DNA from: Escherichia phage vB_EcoP_EP32B
Direction: 5' to 3' (one strand)
Sequence record: OR544955
Length of the DNA stretch: 64,000 nt
Shown: piece after piece, positions 63,602-64,000 of the stretch
Layout of the letters: every line of letters starts with the position of its first letter
Numbering within the stretch: the stretch's first letter is position 1
Notes under the pieces: model-generated
Databases searched by the model: none
What the model saw: only the letters and a program-made list of their open reading frames with translations
What the model was told of the DNA's origin: nothing
Translations under genes and position numbers: made by a program

Positions 63602-64000
63602 AAATTGAAAAAGAAATTGAAGGATTAATTCGTAAAACTAATAAAGATCTTTTAAACGAGAATGCTAATAAAGATTCTCGTGTTTTTCCAACTCAACGGG
63701 ACCTTATGGCTGGTATTGTGTCTAAGCACATTGCCAAAAATATGGTCCCGTCTTTTATTATGAAAGCGCATGAAAGTGGAATTATCCACATGCATGATAT
63801 TGATTATTCTCCTGCTCTTCCGTTTACTAATTGTTGTTTAGTCGATTTAAAGGGGATGCTTGAGAACGGATTTAAATTAGGCAATGCTCAAATTGAAACG
63901 CCTAAATCGATTGGTGTTGCTACTGCAATTATGGCACAAATTACTGCACAAGTTGCTTCACATCAGTATGGCGGAACTACATTTGCAAATGTCGATAAAG
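63598..64000 (+). CDS. nrdD: Anaerobic ribonucleotide reductase NrdD, N-terminal part (partial; continues beyond window end)
   Basis: ATG 63598 overlapping gene 49 stop; MKIEKEIEGLIRKTNKDLL...; open to window edge. Confidence 0.7.
   Translation, partial: MKIEKEIEGLIRKTNKDLLNENANKDSRVFPTQRDLMAGIVSKHIAKNMVPSFIMKAHESGIIHMHDIDYSPALPFTNCCLVDLKGMLENGFKLGNAQIETPKSIGVATAIMAQITAQVASHQYGGTTFANVDK

Overview
The window is a T4-like (Tevenvirinae) myovirus genome segment, in the reverse orientation to the usual T4 map. Calls rest on gene order, ORF lengths and motifs read from the six-frame track and compared with T4 from memory; no database search was run. Layout: (1) 1-9400: gene 51 (partial), 26, 25, uvsY, uvsY.-1/-2 on +; uvsW/uvsW.1 on -; then inh-like, hoc, 24.3/24.2-like, rnlB on +. 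(2) 7716-37876, all on -: the complete late structural cluster gp24, 23, 22, 21, 68, 67, 20, 19, 18, 17, 16, 15, 14, 13, wac, 12, 11, 10, 9, 8, 7, 6, 5.4, 5.1, 5, 53. (3) 37938-64000 on +: gp4/gp2, 3, 1, 57A, 57B (Acb1-like), then a hyperplastic early region of small ORFs punctuated by repeated early-promoter/stem-loop (PeSL-like) cassettes, with nudE, e, an ipII-like gene, denV, regB, tk, rI, nrdC, gene 49 and the start of nrdD as landmarks. Most notable: the major capsid gene 23 and the prohead protease gene 21 are each broken by a short out-of-frame lesion, tk lacks its P-loop N-terminus, and the ipI locus is replaced at a PeSL junction. Several PeSL-flanked ORFs have recognisable motifs (nucleotidyltransferase, AAA+ ATPase, macro domain, lytic transglycosylase, GrcA-like glycyl-radical domain) but no assignable function. 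No CRISPR array, rRNA or intact tRNA was seen.
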